From positions 661,717 through 725,716 of the forward strand of contig CAWGMA010000002.1 in NCBI GenBank assembly GCA_963823555.1: a stretch of 64,000 nt of DNA. The letters are read 5' to 3'. Of this stretch, positions 61,460-64,000 are shown piece after piece. The DNA is from Candidatus Eiseniibacteriota bacterium. Its GTDB lineage: Bacteria; Eisenbacteria; RBG-16-71-46; CAVPCR01. The first letter of the stretch is position 1, and each line of letters begins with the position of its first letter. The translations under genes were made by a program, and so were the position numbers. Under the pieces are notes generated by a model, which was not told where the DNA came from, did no database searches, and was given only the letters and a program-made list of their open reading frames with translations.

Positions 61460-61615
61460 GCCCGAGATCGATGACTCTTACCCTCGGTCCACCGTGACGC
61501 TCGGCTGCCATCCAGGCGTACGTGAACGCGAGCGAGAAGTGGTCCTCGCCCGTCCGCACGTACCTGAACTTCTTGGCCCCGGTCTCGTGGTCCTCGTCGA
61601 GCACCTTGGCATCGG
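61460..61615 (-). pseudogene. Phage terminase large subunit C-terminal remnant
   Basis: AKVLDEDHETGAKKFRYVRTGEDHFSLAFTY resembles the C-terminal nuclease end (DH motif) of GpA-type terminases. Confidence 0.5.
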
Positions 61616-63348
61616 CGGCCGAGCGCGCCTTCCGCCGCTACCTCGACTGCGGCATCCTCGCCCACGGCTTTGCACGCCTGCGCTGTCCACGCTGCGGCTG
61701 CGAACGCCTGGTCGCCTTCTCCTGCAAGGGGCGCCTCTGTCCGAGCTGCTTTGGCCGCCGCATGGCCGACACCGCCGCCTTCCTCGTCGACCAGCTCCTC
61801 CCAGAGGCTCCCTACCGCCAGTGGGTGCTGACCTTTCCCTGGGTGCTCCGCTTCCGTCTCGCCGTCGACCGCGCGCTGTTCAGCGCGCTTCTCGCCACCT
61901 TCCTGCGCACCGTCTTCGCCTGGCAACGCCGTCGCGGCCGCGAGCTCGGCATCGCGGGCGGGCAGTCGGGAGCGGTCTCCTTCGTCCAGCGCTTCGGCGG
62001 CGCCCTCAACCTCCACCCCCACGTTCACTGCCTCCTCCCCGATGGGCTCTTCGTCCCCCGCACCGATGGTGACCCACTTCGTACCGCTCCCCACACCCAC
62101 CACCGCCGAGATCGAGGCCCTCACCCTCAAGATCGCCCGCCGCCTCACCGCCGTTATCGAGCGGCGGACCGATGACGAGAGCGAGACCGCGGCGCTCCTC
62201 GAGGCGATCGCCGCCGCACTCCAGAGCGACCTCGCCGCCGCCGTCGCACCACCCCTTCCCTCACCCCAGCTCGCGCTTCCCGAAGACCGGGAGCCCAAAC
62301 CCAAACCGCTCTGCGCCAAGGTTGCCGGCTTCTCCCTTCACGCCGCCCACGCCGTCGCCGCCGGCGATCGGCTTGCCCTCGAGCGCCTCTGCCGCTACGG
62401 CCTGCGCGCTCCCTTCGCCCAGGGCCTCCTCGCACGCCGCACCGACGGTCGCATCATCCACCTGCGCGACCGTGGCCCCACGCCCAGGGTGCGACCGCGC
62501 TCGTACTCGAGCCCCTCGAATTCTCCTGCGCCGACTCGCCACTCTGTTCCCGCCCCCTACAGCCATCTCGTCCACTATCACGGTGCCCTCGCCAACCGCT
62601 GCGCTCGCGCCCGCGGTACCTCCACCACCACCGCACCGCTCGCGCTCACGCCGGGCCCACCCGCCAGCGATCACCCGCACCGTGACCCCGAAGCCGAGCT
62701 CACTCCGACCGCGCCGCTTGCGGCGCCCTCACCCGCCACCACCATGCCCCGCCGTCGACGCTCGCTCCCCTGGGCCCAGCTGCTCTGCCGCGTGCCACGT
62801 CGACGCCTGCGCTTCTCCCCGCTGCCACCTCCGCCATCGCCTTCCGCCCTCATCTTCCGACCCCAAGGTGCCGACCTGATCCTCCGCCATCTCCGCCTGC
62901 CCTCCGCCCACCAGCGCTGGCGCGAGCCGACGCGACCGAGCTCGTGCTGGACACCTCGGACGAGGCGCTGCCGCTCGACACCTCGAATCCGACGGAGATG
63001 TTTGTGAGGCACCCCCCGCCTCGCGTCTCCATGGCCCCCCGGCCACCACCGTCGTGACACCTCACCGCGCCGCTGGTGACGGGGCTATCGGCAAGCCATG
63101 CCCGACCACCACCGGCCCGCCCCAAAACCACAGCGACCCCGCGACGCTCCGCGCATCCCGCCGGAGTGATCGGACAACTCCGTGCCTAGCAGCACGCCGC
63201 GCTGGCAACGGCGCCGATGCCATCGCCCCGCCGTGCCGTCGCGCACCATGCACCCACCACGCCCCCGCCGAATGCCGTCCTTCCCTTCCCCAATTCCCCC
63301 TCCTACACTTGAGGTCAGGCCACAAAGCCCGATCGAAATCTTATGCGC
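61616..63348 (+). mobile_element. IS91/ISCR-family element; near-complete transposase (zinc ribbon + HUH), 5'-truncated and frameshifted
   Basis: YLDCGILAHGFARLRCPRCG..FSCKGRLCPSC, RQWVLTFP, NLHPHVH, CRY; ends TCTTATGCGC. Confidence 0.92.
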
Positions 63349-63378
63349 CCACGCTTCATCTTCCCGCAAGTTCTTCCG

Positions 63379-64000
63379 CTAAGGAAGCAGGACAGTGCGA
63401 GTCACGTGCACTTCTTGCCCGGCCTCCAGTCTGATGAGGTAGACACCAGCTGGGACCCTATAGCCCAGGTCGTTGCGGCCGTCCCACACGACCTGCCACT
63501 CGCCCGTGCCTCGTTCGTGTCCGCTCAACGTACGTACGAGACGCCCGGACAGATCGTAGACGGCAAGACGAGTCCTGCGGATAGGGCACCTCACACCGAA
63601 TGCGCGTACCAAAACGGAAGGGATTCGGAGCGACGCCGAGTCCGATGGGGGCTCTCCGTGCGCCGCGCTCATCGCGCACATCGGTCTGCTCCCCTTTGAG
63701 TCCAAGGACATGGAAGCTGCTGCGCGCAGCGACGGCGGCGAAGCCAGCGTTGGGCTCCGGAACATCCAGTTGCCCGTAGTCGTTGTCTCCCCAGGCCACG
63801 ATCGACCCATCGGCTCTGAGCCCGAACCCGGCGAAAGCGCCGGCCCCATACCAACGAAGCCTTCATTGGCTCCGGCACGTCGCACTGCCCGGCGTTGTTC
63901 CGTCCCAAGGCGGCTATCGAGCCGTTAGCCCTGAGTCCCAGGTTGTGACTTCCGCCACTCCCGGCAGCAACCATGGCCACAAAGCCTGTGTTCGGCTCCG
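63379..64000 (-). CDS. RCC1-repeat secreted protein with FlgD-Ig C-terminus (3' part, frameshifted)
   Basis: HNLGLRANGSI..GRNNAGQCDVPEP, WGDNDYGQLDVPEPNAGF; APNPF..VYDLSGR..WDGRND..AGVYL. Confidence 0.82.

Noticed and set aside
1..64000. CRISPR array or cas genes
   Set aside because: No regularly spaced short direct repeats and no Cas motifs were seen.

Overview
GC-rich bacterial accessory region. Its many secreted proteins carry C-terminal FlgD-Ig domains or short TWGxxK tails, which suggests a Ca. Eisenbacteria/Krumholzibacteria-like lineage (inference). The window is a mosaic of cargo blocks separated by mobile-element debris. Cargo: an oxidoreductase block; a minus-strand operon with a UGA-recoded (selenocysteine) peroxiredoxin-like gene, a PNPOx-like gene, a PEP-utilising dikinase and an epimerase; an OM-barrel/LolDE-like ABC/LolA-like/dikinase/PlsY-like operon; a CcsBA cytochrome c maturation gene; small enzymes; an atypical class A beta-lactamase; and about 12 secreted beta-propeller, beta-helix or oxidase proteins. 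Mobile DNA: five copies of an IS91/ISCR-type rolling-circle element (two are 216-bp minis), two families of TGT..ACA MITEs, IS21, IS3, IS481, ISL3 and RIT remnants, a DUF2924 + large serine recombinase module, and three copies of a structured ~250-bp element ending in a tRNA-like 3' end. Indels cluster in some segments (23.5-25.9, 28.8-29.6 and 56-64 kb) and may be long-read errors rather than true pseudogenisation. No rRNA, intact tRNA, CRISPR array, integron or reverse transcriptase was seen. Family assignments come from motif recognition by eye, not from database searches.
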